Notes under the pieces: generated by a model | What the model was told of the DNA's origin: nothing | What the model saw: only the letters and a program-made list of their open reading frames with translations | Database searches by the model: none | Shown: positions 1 to 12,407 of the stretch, piece after piece | Layout: every line of letters starts with the position of its first letter | Numbering within the stretch: the first letter of the stretch is position 1 | Program-made: the position numbers and the translations under genes | DNA from: Vermamoeba vermiformis | Lineage: Eukaryota | Assembly (NCBI GenBank): GCA_045837725.1 | Contig: JBEWZL010000145.1 | Location: 248,001-312,000, forward strand | DNA length: 64,000 nucleotides | Reading direction: 5' to 3'

Positions 1-15
1 GGTAATTGGAATTGA

Positions 16-246
16 ATGCAGGATATTAGGAGTGCATATATATTTACGTATGAAATATCTACAGATTTTGGCGGTACTACAGAACGAGATCTGACAAATT
101 TGAGCGAGAAGGACGTGGAACAGACACTGAAAGAGCTGGTACAAATAGGACAAGTAGCACTCAAAGCAGACATGTATCACTTCCAAGAATCAGCTCCTTC
201 TGACCTCGACGTGGTTGACTTTGCTGAGATCAAGCGACGTCACTAA
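16..246 (+). CDS. 3' end of an unidentified gene entering from the left edge
   Basis: Open frame ending DVVDFAEIKRRH-TAA followed by AATAAA at ~268; no recognisable motif. Confidence 0.5.
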   Translation: MQDIRSAYIFTYEISTDFGGTTERDLTNLSEKDVEQTLKELVQIGQVALKADMYHFQESAPSDLDVVDFAEIKRRH

Positions 247-345
247 ATCTGTCTCTCAGGTGCGCAAAATAAATATTCAAAGCTACCAATGCACGATACA
301 ATACACCTAGTGCACATACAACCAGTTGAACAAGATCTATTTACA

Positions 346-1322
346 TCAGCGAGACTCGTACAGTGTCTTGTCCCGCAGCGTGTTGCGGATAAATTGTTGC
401 AATTCTTGACCACGTGACACAGCTGCGTGTCGTGCGGCAGTCAACACGTGCTCGGGCAGAGCGAACTGTGTGCCGTGCTCGCTGTCACTGAGCGCACTCC
501 ACTCAGCCACGACTTGGCCCGCACGATTGAGCACAAAGTGACACTGCGCGTGACAGTGCGCGCTGAATGCCTCGCTGGCACTGGGCTCCACAGTGACGGT
601 GTAGGCCTGTGTGGCACTGCTGTCGCGCATCACCGCGCAGTGCACGGCAGTGAGAGGTGTCGTCAGCGGTATACCTGCATCGAGCAGCGCGACTGTGGTG
701 GCATTGATGCACGTCGGCAACAGCTAGCAAGTCAATTAGCCCTGTGTATTTACCGCTGCTGATATATACGTACTGATGCACCACCGTCTTTCAAGATCTG
801 AATGACAATGTTGATTTGAGTGCGTGGATGGAGGGCCAACAATATTTGACTTTTGAAAGCATTGAGAATGAACTGTTGTAAAAACTGCAAATAAGGACCA
901 CGATTGCAGTTCGTATTTGTGTAAGTATAGTGTGTATTGTGTGTTGGGGGTAGAATTGTAACTTCTGGATCGCTGCGATCGAGAAATTCACGAAATCTAT
1001 TTGCTGGTTGTCCAGGACCATATACAGCTACCAATACTGAACTTGTGTCGTCATCTTTCTGATCTTCTTCTCCTTCGGGCTTTTTCCTCGAGTCAATCCA
1101 TGCAGATCCGTCTATTAAAAATATTTGAAATATTAAATATGTGCCATAATAATTGCCCTTTTGCTTTTTACGTTCTAAGGTTAATCAAGTAAATTGTAAA
1201 ATAAAAACGAGTATTCTTTTTAACAAAATATTATCAGATCGCATTTTACCTGCTCGGGATAGAACTGAAGCTCGACAACTTAACAGTCGATATCTCTCAA
1301 CAATACGATTATCAAGTTCCAT
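346..1322 (-). CDS. RRP46: Exosome complex RNase PH-like subunit Rrp46
   Basis: Spliced model MELDNRIVERYRLLSCRASVLSRA/DGSAW...VLVAVYGP...HPRTQINIVIQILKDG...CINATTVALLDAGIPL; typical RNase PH-fold motifs; GT-AG introns. Confidence 0.85.
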
Positions 1323-1406
1323 TTATGTACGGCTAAATAAACAGCAACAACAAACAAACATAGCTACGGTTGCGAAAATTGTTCGGGCCTGTCGGCACGT
1401 GATAGT

Positions 1407-3696
1407 CTAGCCGTGGAATGCAAACACATCGTCGAACAGATCGAGCGTCTTCTTAGACTTCTTCTTCGTCTTGTTGGTGCGCTGATTGGCTTGTGGCTGT
1501 GCTACATTCTATACAACAATATTGTTAAAAGGCAGATTTCCCAACTTGACTCCGCTCTAGATCCGCCTTTACCTTCTTGTGGCTGGGCTGATTAGGAGTA
1601 AAGCGCTTCACACTCGACTCGCTGAGTTGGGACCTGTTCACCAACTGCGTACGATTAGTTGATGGACGTGCGATGGAAGTGTGCTTACCTTCTTTTGCTT
1701 GTGGTTAGCTGGCGGAGAGACTTTCTTTGATGAGAAAGTTTCGCGTACCATTCGAGATGGTTGAGCGGGCAGTTCCTTGCGTGCCTTATCGTCGCGCGAT
1801 CCAGAGAGCACCTCGTCTGATTCATCTTCGTCCAGCAACTCAAGAGGATTAGCCTCTTTGACTGCAACAGCAGCGTTGTGAGACTCTTTGAGTTGCTCTA
1901 CGGCCCGCGCGCTATCTTGAAGTTGCTCATGGAGTTGATCGATTTGACTCTGATACAACTCTTTTTGCTTTTGAATCTCGTTTGCGAGGGCCACAGAGAA
2001 GTCCCGTCTTTGAGATTCAAGCGCTAATTGCAACTCGGCGGCTTCGCGAACCTAAACTCATTGGTAGTCAAAAGCAACACAATAAGCTCTCACCTTCTCT
2101 TCGGAATTGATTCGCGCTTCTTGAAGTTTTTCTTCAAACTCTAACTTCAGTGTCTCGATTGCGCGTCCGTGGGAGCTCTCGAGTAATGAAATCTAAAAAA
2201 CCGTATGAGAATCATGATTATCACCGAGGGCTCTTACTAGATTGTTATATTCTTCATTACAAGCTCGTTTCTCCTCCTCTGCTAATCGGGAATTGGCTTC
2301 AAGCGCGGAGAGGCGTGTTTCTAAGGCATTATTGTTGTCTTTTAGCTCTTCTACTTTGGCACTCAGCGCATTTCTTTCTATCGAGACGCGTTGATTCACC
2401 TGTTGCTGTTAGGGAGTTCGCATGCAGCTAAATTAATCGCTACCTCTTCAACTGAAGCCTTTTCTTGCATCAGGGAATGATAATCCGCTCTTAGTTTATC
2501 GATATTCGCCGACATTCCCGTGAGCTGCAACTCCAGCTCGGCGATACGTGACGACTACAAGATGATGAGATAGGGAAGAAAAACAAAGAATATCTTACCT
2601 TTTCTCGCTCTAAAGCCTTCATTTCGAGTGCTGATTGAGTCAATGCGTTATCTTTATCGCGAATGCTGTTCGTCAAGTCCCTTTCAATGATTTGTAGCAC
2701 GGTGCACCTCTCATCAAGGGAACTCAATTCGCTGCGGACACTGCAGAGCTCGTTTGCCGTTCTCTTCAACTCGTCGCGGCTCTTAAGAAGCTCAGACTTG
2801 AAAGAATCTGCTAATAGTTAGAAAAGACAAAGATCGGATCGGCGATGATCACACATACCCATAGTTGCTTGCGCAACTTCGAGTTGTCCTTTAGTCTCCC
2901 GACATTCACTCTCTAGCGTTGCTATTAGCGAGCCGGCGTTTACCAGTTGCTTTTGGCCTTAGAATAGCTATTAGTCCTCGTAACGCAGTTCTGCTACTAC
3001 GTACATTGACTCAATTGCTCTTTTGAAGAGTTAAGGTCGTCATTTGTCGCCTTTACCTCGGCCTCCAACCGCTTCAATGCCGCGCGTAGAGCCTCGTTCT
3101 CTCTAAAGAGTTCTTCCTTGTCCTTGTCGGCTAATATTGCTTAGTAATATTCAGTTAACAAAGACATACTTTGCGCGACGTTGTCAGCAAAAGATGCCAT
3201 CTCTTTTTTAAGCGATGTAGTAATTGTCGTCAAAGCCAGCATATCGAACTTTAGTCGTTCATACTGCTGCTTCTCGCCTTGCAGAACAGATTGCAGCTGC
3301 AACATTCAGGTTAGGCAATTTCATCAAATACAAACTACGTACTTTTGTTTTTTCCTCGCGCAACCTCTCAACCGTTGCCGCTTGCATCGCGATTACGTTA
3401 TCTTGCCTTTGGAGCTTCGTTTCCTAGAAATGGATAAGAACAGACAAATAGAAGAACAGACATTACCATTGAACTAATCTCCGCTTTGCTCGAAACTTGA
3501 GACTTCATCAGCTGTTCTGAACGTTAACGAATAGGTTAGTACTGAACGACAACCAAAAGATTAACCGATACGTACCCGCTGCCTTCTTTAGGTAGTCGTA
3601 CCTTGAAGCTTCGGTATTGACTACCTTCTGGCGCTCAACAACCGGAGGAGCCTTTGAAGAAAATACTGCTGTCGATGGTCGCTTAAGCTGCTGCAT
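1407..3696 (-). CDS. Multi-exon long coiled-coil protein of unknown function
   Basis: Chain of E/K/Q/L-rich heptad ORFs separated by ~45-55 nt GT-AG introns; starts MQQLKRPSTAVF, ends LDLFDDVFAFHG. Confidence 0.7.
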
Positions 3697-4381
3697 GTTG
3701 TTCAGTTATGGAGACAAAAGACAAAAAAAATTCAAAGGACGAGCATCATTTTGTACTGGCGTACTTGCACGCGATTGGTCAGTTTTTTTTGAGAACTGGG
3801 AACCTGGTTCCACTGAAGGTTTCGTTAGAGAACTCGGACTGACTTGAATGTGCCAACGGAACTAATCGGTTACTTAATATTGGTATAAATTATCCTCTAC
3901 CTATTATTAAATCAGCTCTCTACGACGTACTTGAACGAGATCCAGCCCATATAAACCTAAAAGATGCGCCGGACCTCGTATTACTATAATTCGTGAAATA
4001 TTCAGATGGTAATATAGTAATATGGTTCAATTTTCCACTTGATAATTGGAATGGACTGCATTTGCAAAACTTTTTTTAGAAGTGGTACTAACCTAAAAGT
4101 ATACTATATGGTTTTCAGTTTGTTACTCGCAGAGCCCGTGGCTTCAAATACTAAACTACATACAAAATCTGATTCGGATTGACGGTTAGGTAAAAGATCC
4201 ATGACTGCACAATTCCGGTATATAAGCACCAGGATTGCGAGCCATTATAAAAATAGAACATACTCGTGTTTGGTCCGCAAGTGGCGGAAGATTTGATTGA
4301 ATTGATTTTTTGAATGACGGTTATTTTTGTATTTTCAGCACACGCTTCGCAACAAAACAAACGCAGAGGACCCTATTTACA

Positions 4382-5870
4382 ATGAGCGACGTTAATATTG
4401 CTGATCGTATTCAACAAGTACGCAAGGAAATTGAAACACTGAAAGAGCAGTTGAAAAAGAAGAGAGCCGATAAAAATGACATTGAATGTAAGTTTTAAAT
4501 AGGTTTTTAAATAAATCAGGAAGGGCTCTAAAATTAACTATTAGAGCGAAATAATGATTGTAATCGATACTAACATGATTTAAATAATTAGTGGCTCAAT
4601 TTGTGGAGAATGGAGACCTTAATCTTCCAGAGAAGGGAGAAAAGATTCGAGTTAGAAGAACTTTGAAGGGCCATTTGGCAAAGATTTATGCGATGCACTG
4701 GTCGGAAGATAAAGTACACTTGGTTAGTGCTTCTCAAGACGGTAAACTGTTGGTCTGGGATGCCCTCACCACCAACAAGGTGCATGCAATTCCACTCCGT
4801 TCATCTTGGGTCATGACCTGCGCCTATTCTCCTTCTGGTGGCTTCGTTGCATGCGGTGGCTTGGATAATATTTGCTCTGTCTATAACCTAAGACGACAGG
4901 AGATTCCTATCCGCGTCTGCCGTGAATTAACTGCTCATGTTGGCTATCTCTCATGCTGCCGCTTCTTGAGTGACAAACAAATTATTACCAGCTCTGGAGA
5001 TATGACTTGCATCTTGTGGGACATTGAAACCGGCACTAAGCTCAGAGATTTTGCTGATCACAACGGAGATGTTATGAGGTAAGTGGAATAATTACTCCAC
5101 CACTAATCTGAGAATCTTTGATGCTTTTTGTAATAATTATTTATTTTCTTTTACTTACTGATGTACGCTTTTTTCTAAATTTCCTTTCTAGCGTTTCTCT
5201 TTCTCCGGATAAGAAGACCTTCGTATCTGGTGCTTGCGATGCCACCGCCAAGGTTTGGGATATTAAATCTGGCAAATGCGCTCAAACTTTTGCTGATTGC
5301 CACGAGGGTGATATTAACGCCGTCACGTAAGAATTTTTTTCTTTGATCAAAACCAATCTAGATTCAAAGACCCATCTGGTCTGCACCTTTCTTTTTTTTG
5401 CGCTACTCTACGCGTCAATACAATAATTAATTTATCAATATTGATAATACTACCCCGTATTCAATTGACGATTAATTCGAATTACAGTTACTTCCCCAAT
5501 GGCAACGCTTTCGCCACTGGTTCTGATGACACTTCTTGCCGCTTGTTCGACACTCGTGCTGACAAACAAATGGCTATTTACAAGCACGAATCAATTGGCT
5601 GCGGTATCACTTCCGTTGCCTTCTCGATCTCAGGTCGTTACTTGTTTGGCGGCTATGATGATTACAAGTGCAATGTGTGGGACACATTGAAGGGTGAACG
5701 CGTCTACGTGCTCGAGGGTCACGACAACAGAGTGTCTTGCTTGGGCGTGAGCAGCGATGGTATGGCTCTCTGCACTGGCTCTTGGGACTCGTTCCTCAAG
5801 GTACGCATTCAACTTCAATCAACAGCGGTGACAGCATATTAATTACGACTCTATTTAGGTCTGGGCTTAA
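4382..5870 (+). CDS. gpbA: Heterotrimeric G-protein beta subunit
   Basis: N-terminal coiled coil, [42 protein letters not shown]...[11 protein letters not shown]; five exons. Confidence 0.97.
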
Positions 5871-6217
5871 GCATTGTTATAATACAGCTCTTAATTACGA
5901 ATTGGTGGCTGAAAGAGTCAACCCATTCACTTAATTTATTTTTAATACTTATTCTATAACCGTTATCTCCCTTAAAACCCTCCCCTTTTGTACAACTACT
6001 CGAATATAATTTAGCAAGTTTTGTAAATATAGAGCACTTGTTGCCTCCCAACGTGTTCTTCAATAATAAAATAATGGTTTTTCATTAACTGACACGCCCT
6101 GCGAACACAAAACAGACAAAAATAGTTTGCATGTTCCGTTCATTATTGTTGAGCAATCTGTTGCGTCGAACACACACCAAAGCTCCCTTATTATCTCTAC
6201 TACCACACAGCTGCAAG

Positions 6218-7834
6218 ATGGCAACCAAGAAAACGGTAAGTTTTTGACTAAGTAGAAGAAGAAGTTAGTGGTCTAATATTCGAGTATTTTTAGACCGATG
6301 CTAAGCGATCAATCGATGAAGTGGACGAGGTTGATGAAGTAAGCTTGTGACACTCGCTGATCCAGCTTAGAGTTAACGTACCAATTTATTTAGAAGCCCT
6401 CTAAGAAGCAAAAGAAGGGTAATGAGGTATGAACCTAAGTATACTATTTTTAAAATTTTTAGAAGGGAGATCGCGACCGATCTTCCGTTGTCACTTTTTC
6501 CCGGAAAAGCTTTGGGCCACGAGAGATCTCAACTATTTTAATTAACAGAGTGAAGAGCCAAAGCCACTTCTTGTAGTGCCAACAGACTTCACCAAGCCGG
6601 AATTGAAACCGTAAGTACCGCGCACGTGCTTTGTGTTCTGCGCTGATCGAGCATTGTTACCAGCAACAACATCAAAATTGTCTCGTGGAACGTGGCCAGC
6701 TATACGACTATTCAAGGAGTAAGTGTTCGCACCGTGCCTACGAGTCACTAACAGCTCTGTGCGCAGAAAGGATTTCCGCAGTATATTGCATCAGGTACGT
6801 GCGCGTGGTGGCACTGGTTGTTGTTGCTGACCAAGTGACAGAGAACCCCGATATCGTGTGCTTGCAAGAGACCAAGGTAGCTGAGACCAAGTTCAAATCC
6901 GATGTGTTGTCGGGCTACGAGGCCTACTTCTACTCGTGCAAGAGCAATCCAGGCTATGCAGGTGAGTGACACTGCCGCGCGATGCAGTGCACTAATGTAC
7001 GCGCAGGCACGGCACTGTTCACGAAGATCAAGCCAGTCTCAGTCACCAAGGGCATTGGTGTGGAGGACCATGACGATGAAGGTCGTTGCATCACCGCGGA
7101 GTTCGACAACTTCTATTTGGTCAACACGTACATCCCCAATGCAGGACTCAAGCTGAAAGAGTACGATGACTACTTGATCGCTCATTCGCGACTGACTCGT
7201 CTCCTAGCCTTCCTTACCGTGAGAAGTGGGACGAAGCGTTCTTAAAATATCTCAAAGAGCTCGATGCCAAGAAGCCAGTTGTGTGGTGCGGTGATCTGAA
7301 TGTGGCGCACAAAGAAATTGACCTCAAGAACCCCAAGGGCAATGTGCGTGAGTCTATTGTGCGGAGATTGAGCTAATACTTCCACGCGAGCAGAAAAAGA
7401 ACGCTGGCTTCTCAGACCAAGAACGAGCAAATTTCGGCAAAGTGTTAGAAGCAGGCTTTGTGGACACTTATCGCCACTTGAATCCCGATCAGAAAGACTG
7501 TTGTAAGTAGTTGCTGTTGGCCAATAGCAGAGCATTCATCTGACACGATTGTCAGACACGTTCTGGAGCTTCAAATTCAATTCGCGCGCCAAGGATGTTG
7601 GCTGGTGAGTAGCGATGGCTGCGATCAGGTGCGCAGTACTGACAGGTGTCAATTTGACAGGCGCTTAGACTACTTTGTGGTGTCCAAAGCGCTGCTGCCG
7701 CGAGTGACTGACAGTTACATCCGCAAGTACATTATGGGCTCTGAGTACGCATCGCTTATTGTTAGGTCTCACTATTCACTAATGTTCTATTATATTGCAG
7801 TCACTGCCCGATTGTTCTGCACTTGGAGAAATGA
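6218..7834 (+). CDS. APEX1: AP endonuclease 1 / exonuclease III family
   Basis: [60 protein letters not shown] assembled across many short exons. Confidence 0.93.
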
Positions 7835-7904
7835 TCACGTGGCGCGTAGTGAATTCATTGATTTCGACTCAACCGTTGAATAAAATTCATTGTTATTTGT
7901 CGCT

Positions 7905-9547
7905 ATGTCTAAACCCACATATAAGATTATTAAACGAGTCACTCCTGTGGTTCGGCATGTGCTCGAAAAGCGAGGCAAGATCTAAAATTTAACTTAGCAT
8001 TTTACTTACTAATTTTAGGATGGCTCATGGCATCGCCATCTTCCAATAATTGGAGAATATTTTGGAAAGGATCACGATTCTCCAAGGCTGAAGTTGAATC
8101 TGCTGGTCCGAATCAGAAGTTGAATCATTTTATTAATTCAGGGCATATTACAAAAAAAGTAAGCGTATGACGTTTGATTAGGCTACGTGGCTAACCTTCG
8201 CTAGGCAAGCATGATATATAATTTAAAACAAATGAAGGCTAGATTCGGGGCGATTTACGATTTCTTTCCCCCAGCATTTATTTATTCGACTAAAACACAA
8301 GAAAAGGTCAAAGAACTGGCTAAACAAACTAATGAGGTTCGTAAACCCCTTAATTGACTCCCTGTTTAATTTCGATCGCGATCCAGTTGTGGATCTGCAA
8401 GCCTTCCGGAGGCAGTCGGGGTCGAGGCATTAAAATTACATCCAACTTGGACGACATAAATTTAAGTAGCGAGAAGAAGCTCTACATCGTGCAAAAGTAC
8501 ATCAACAATCCACTTCTCATCGCTGGTTACAAATTCGATCTGCGCTTGTACGTGTTAGTGACCTCATTTCATCCGATGAAGATCTATTTGTACCGCGATG
8601 GACTCGTGAGATTGTGCACGCGAAAGTAAGCTGCATTGTATATGAGGATTGATACTTGGTGTTAACGTTGACAACAGATTCGACAGTGCAGCGCTGGATG
8701 TGTTCCGCCACTTGACGAACAGCTCGATCAACAAAGACGCGAAGAAAGTGTTGGAACGGGACGAGGAGCGCGAGTTCAGACAGAGCATCTATCCCGTGCT
8801 CGGCTACGATCCTTCCATCTGCAAGCGCAGTCTGACGCAACTGTTCGCGCACTTCAAGCAACAGGGCGTGGATTACAATCAGATCTGGAACCAGTTGAGT
8901 AGTGAATGTGCGAGTGATCGGTGCGGTGACTAATAGCGGTGTAGGATCAAGAAGATGATCATATTGACCTGTTTGCCGATGACCACACTCGAACCCAAGA
9001 CTCCGCACGACAACTGCTTTGAGGTGCTCGGATTTGGTGCGTGACAGATGCCTATATAAATGTACATATAGAGAGACCACAGACTAACAGCCCTCAGATG
9101 TGATGTTGGACGACAAGTACAATCCCTGGCTGATAGAAGTCAATTACAGCCCTGCGCTGAGCATTGGTGGCATGATGGACCAGTCGATCAAAGAGGTACC
9201 CCTAGCTCACTGTGTACTATTGACTCACTTCACCCTCATATTGACTGACTTCACAGCCTCTCATCGACGACACTGTCAGCATCCTCAATCTCGATGCAGA
9301 TGTGCAGCACGAGTTCACTGCGCACCGTGTGTCGCGCGTCAATCCCCCGCACTCCTCGCTCGGAAATTTCGAGCAAATATTCCCCTTCAACAAGGCCACC
9401 AAAGACGCAGCTGCAAATATCTCTGCGGACAAGAAGCCCCAGGTACGTAGCTAAAAATAGGAACAACAACAATAGAACACGTGACTGATTGCTGCGCAGG
9501 AGAACATGGCGCGTGTGGTGGCAGAGGTGGGTCAGATGTATCCGTAG
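7905..9547 (+). CDS. Tubulin-tyrosine ligase-like protein (probable polyglutamylase/glycylase)
   Basis: WICKPSGGSRGRGI, VQKYINNPLLIAGYKFDLRLYVLV, HLTNSSINK, CFEVLGF/DVMLDDKYNPWLIEVNYSP; first intron is GC-AG. Confidence 0.9.
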
Positions 9548-9775
9548 AGGTGCTAATGAGACATTGTAATTGGGTTAATAAAGCCAGATCTACTACAATA
9601 GTTTCATTTTCCGCGAGACCGATCCCTACGCATTGAATATCAACGCTTTCAATTACCCCCAGTTGTATTTATATTGATCCTATTCTCCGCGACTTTTCCT
9701 TCAAATAATTGCAAAAACAAAATTTCCCTTACAACAATTAACTAACTTTGATCAACAAACACAACTCCTGCAACT

Positions 9776-11373
9776 ATGGATCAAGAATACGACGTGTGCG
9801 TGTTGGGCACTGGTCTCACTGAGTGCGTGCTCTCTGGCTTGTTGTCAGTAGAGGGATTGAAAGTTCTGCACATGGACCGAAACGACTACTACGGTGGTGA
9901 TTGTGCTTCTTTGAACTTGGAACAATTGTACAAATTTATGAAGGAAGAGACTGCACCCGATGCTAAGCTTGGCCGCAGCAGAGACTTCAATGTGGATCTT
10001 ATTCCTAAATTTTTGATGGCCAACGGTAATTATTATTCTCCGCTTAATACTACTGACAATTAGATATTGATATTAATAATATTACAGGCAAATTGGTTAA
10101 ATTGTTGTTGCACACGGACGTGACTCGCTATCTCGAATTCAAAAGTGTCGATGGCAGCTACGTGCTGAAGGACAAGAAGGTCCACAAGGTCCCTGCCACT
10201 GAAGGTGAAGCACTCACTTCAGGTCTCATGGGCTTCTTCGAGAAGGGTCGCTTCAAAGATTTCCTTGTTTTCACTTCCAACTGGAAAGAAGACAATCCGA
10301 AAACTCACGGAGGTACGTTCTTTTATGCGATTGTTAAGCGTAAATATTTATAATTTCCTGAGGGTTATTTGGGGGTTTTGATTTAAACTCAATAACAATC
10401 GATTATTTTTTTTATTTGAAAAATTCGCATTTTGCGCAGCTCCTAATACTATCGCGTACTTCCCATTGCCCCTATTTATCAATTAATAACGCTAACAATA
10501 GGTTTCGATGCCTTCACCACCCCCGCACGCAAGATGTTGGACAAATACAAGTTGGACAAGGGCACGATCGACTTTATCGGTCACGCATTGGCGCTGTACC
10601 GCGATGACGACTACTTGGACCAGCCTGCCTACGAGACCATTCGTCGCGTCAAGCTCTACGCCAACTCCCTCGCACAGTACGGCAAGAGTCCCTATCTGTA
10701 TCCGATGTACGGTCTCGGTGACTTGCCGCAAGCCTTTGCGCGCTTGAGTGCCATCTACGGCGGCACGTACATGCTGAACAAGCCGATCGAGAAGATCTTG
10801 TACGACGAGCAGGGTCGCGTGTGTGGTGTGCAGAGCGAGGGTGAAGTGGCCAAGTGCAAGGCCGTGATTGCAGACCCCTCGTACTTCATGAGCCCCGACA
10901 AGGTGAAGCAGACTGGCAAGGTGGTGCGCGCAGTGTGCATCTTGGACCACCCGATCCCCAACACCAACAACTCCGAGTCCTGTCAGGTCATCTTGCCGCA
11001 GAAACAGGTCGGACGCAAGTCTGACATCTACATCTTGTGCGTCTCATTCGCGCATCAAGTGGCCCCGCAAGGCAAGTACATCGCCATTGTCTCGACCACC
11101 GTGGAGACCGACAACCCGCGCAAGGAACTCGAGCCTGGTCTCGCGCTCTTGGGCCCCGTGCTCAAGCAGTTTGTGAGTGTGAGTGACGTCTACGAGCCCG
11201 TGAATGACGTGCAGAAAGAGCGCGTGTTCATCTCCAAGTCGTACGATGCCACCTCGCACTTTGAGACCGTGTGCGACGATGTGTTGCGCATCTACAAGCA
11301 ATTCACTGGCAAGGACTTTGACTTCACCAAGAAGAAGGTCACTCCAGGCGAAGAGAGCAACACCAACCAGTAA
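9776..11373 (+). CDS. GDI1: Rab GDP-dissociation inhibitor
   Basis: [72 protein letters not shown]; three exons. Confidence 0.97.
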
Positions 11374-11512
11374 TCACATGGAGCACTGTGGCGACTAGTT
11401 TGTAGCAGCAGATCGTTGAGTCTGCGTGCAGTTAGATCGAAACTATTTTTGTGCATAATTATATATTAAATTACGTGAAAACCACACCTTGTAGTATTAT
11501 CGCATACATTTT

Positions 11513-12325
11513 ATGGATTTACAACCCTCACGACTAGGCACGAAAGAATAGTAAGGGCGTTGGCTATCGTGGATCACGATCTGAAAAGTGCTAAACGAAT
11601 TTCAGTTCCAGTGTATTTTTAATTATAGATAATTTACAAATATTTATTTGCAATTGTCTTTCAATGCTTAATAGTATTTTTTCAGTTGGGATGAGGCTTA
11701 CACTCGCGAATTGAACAATTTTGAAGAAACAAATGACTTGGGCGAGGTGTGGTTTGGTGAAGACACCGCTGAACGAAGTGAGTCATCATATATGTGACAT
11801 ATCAAAATGTCTAATGCGCGTCCAGTGCTGAATGCGTTGGAGGAGATCGACGGCGTGACAACAGCGAGCAGCATCTGTGACTTGGGCTGTGGCAATGGCT
11901 ACTCGCTGCTCGAGCTCGCCAAGCGCGGCTTCACAGCACTGACAGGCGTGGACTACTCGCAGCAAGCGATTGACTTGGCACGACGCATTGCTGCCAAAGA
12001 GCAGTGCGCGATCCAGTACGCGGTGTTCAACATTGTGAGCGATGCAGTGCAGCAGAGCTACGATGTGGTGCTCGACAAGGGTACCTTCGATGCGATATGT
12101 CTGCACCACGCCAATCTGCGACCCAATTACATTGCAGCTGTGCGTCAACTCACGCGCCAGGGCGGGGTGTTCGGCATCACCTCGTGCAATTTCACTGAAC
12201 AGGAGATCATTGCGCTGTTCACTGAACATCAATTCACCGTGCTGACACGTGTCAAGTACCCGACGTTCTCGTTCGGGGGCTCGCAGGGCTCCACGGTGTG
12301 CACTGTATTTTTCACACGCGACTGA
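11513..12325 (+). CDS. EEF1AKMT2: eEF1A lysine methyltransferase 2 (METTL10/See1/Efm4 family)
   Basis: PSRLGTKEY/WDEAY...GEVWFGE, DLGCGNG, GVDYS, DKGTFDAI, ITSCNFT, YPTFSFGG. Confidence 0.92.
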
Positions 12326-12407
12326 CATGTACATAAAAGGAAATTGTATTTACATCAGCGAGTGCAGTGGTGAACTATGTACAAATTAGGCAATGAGGGC
12401 AGATCGA

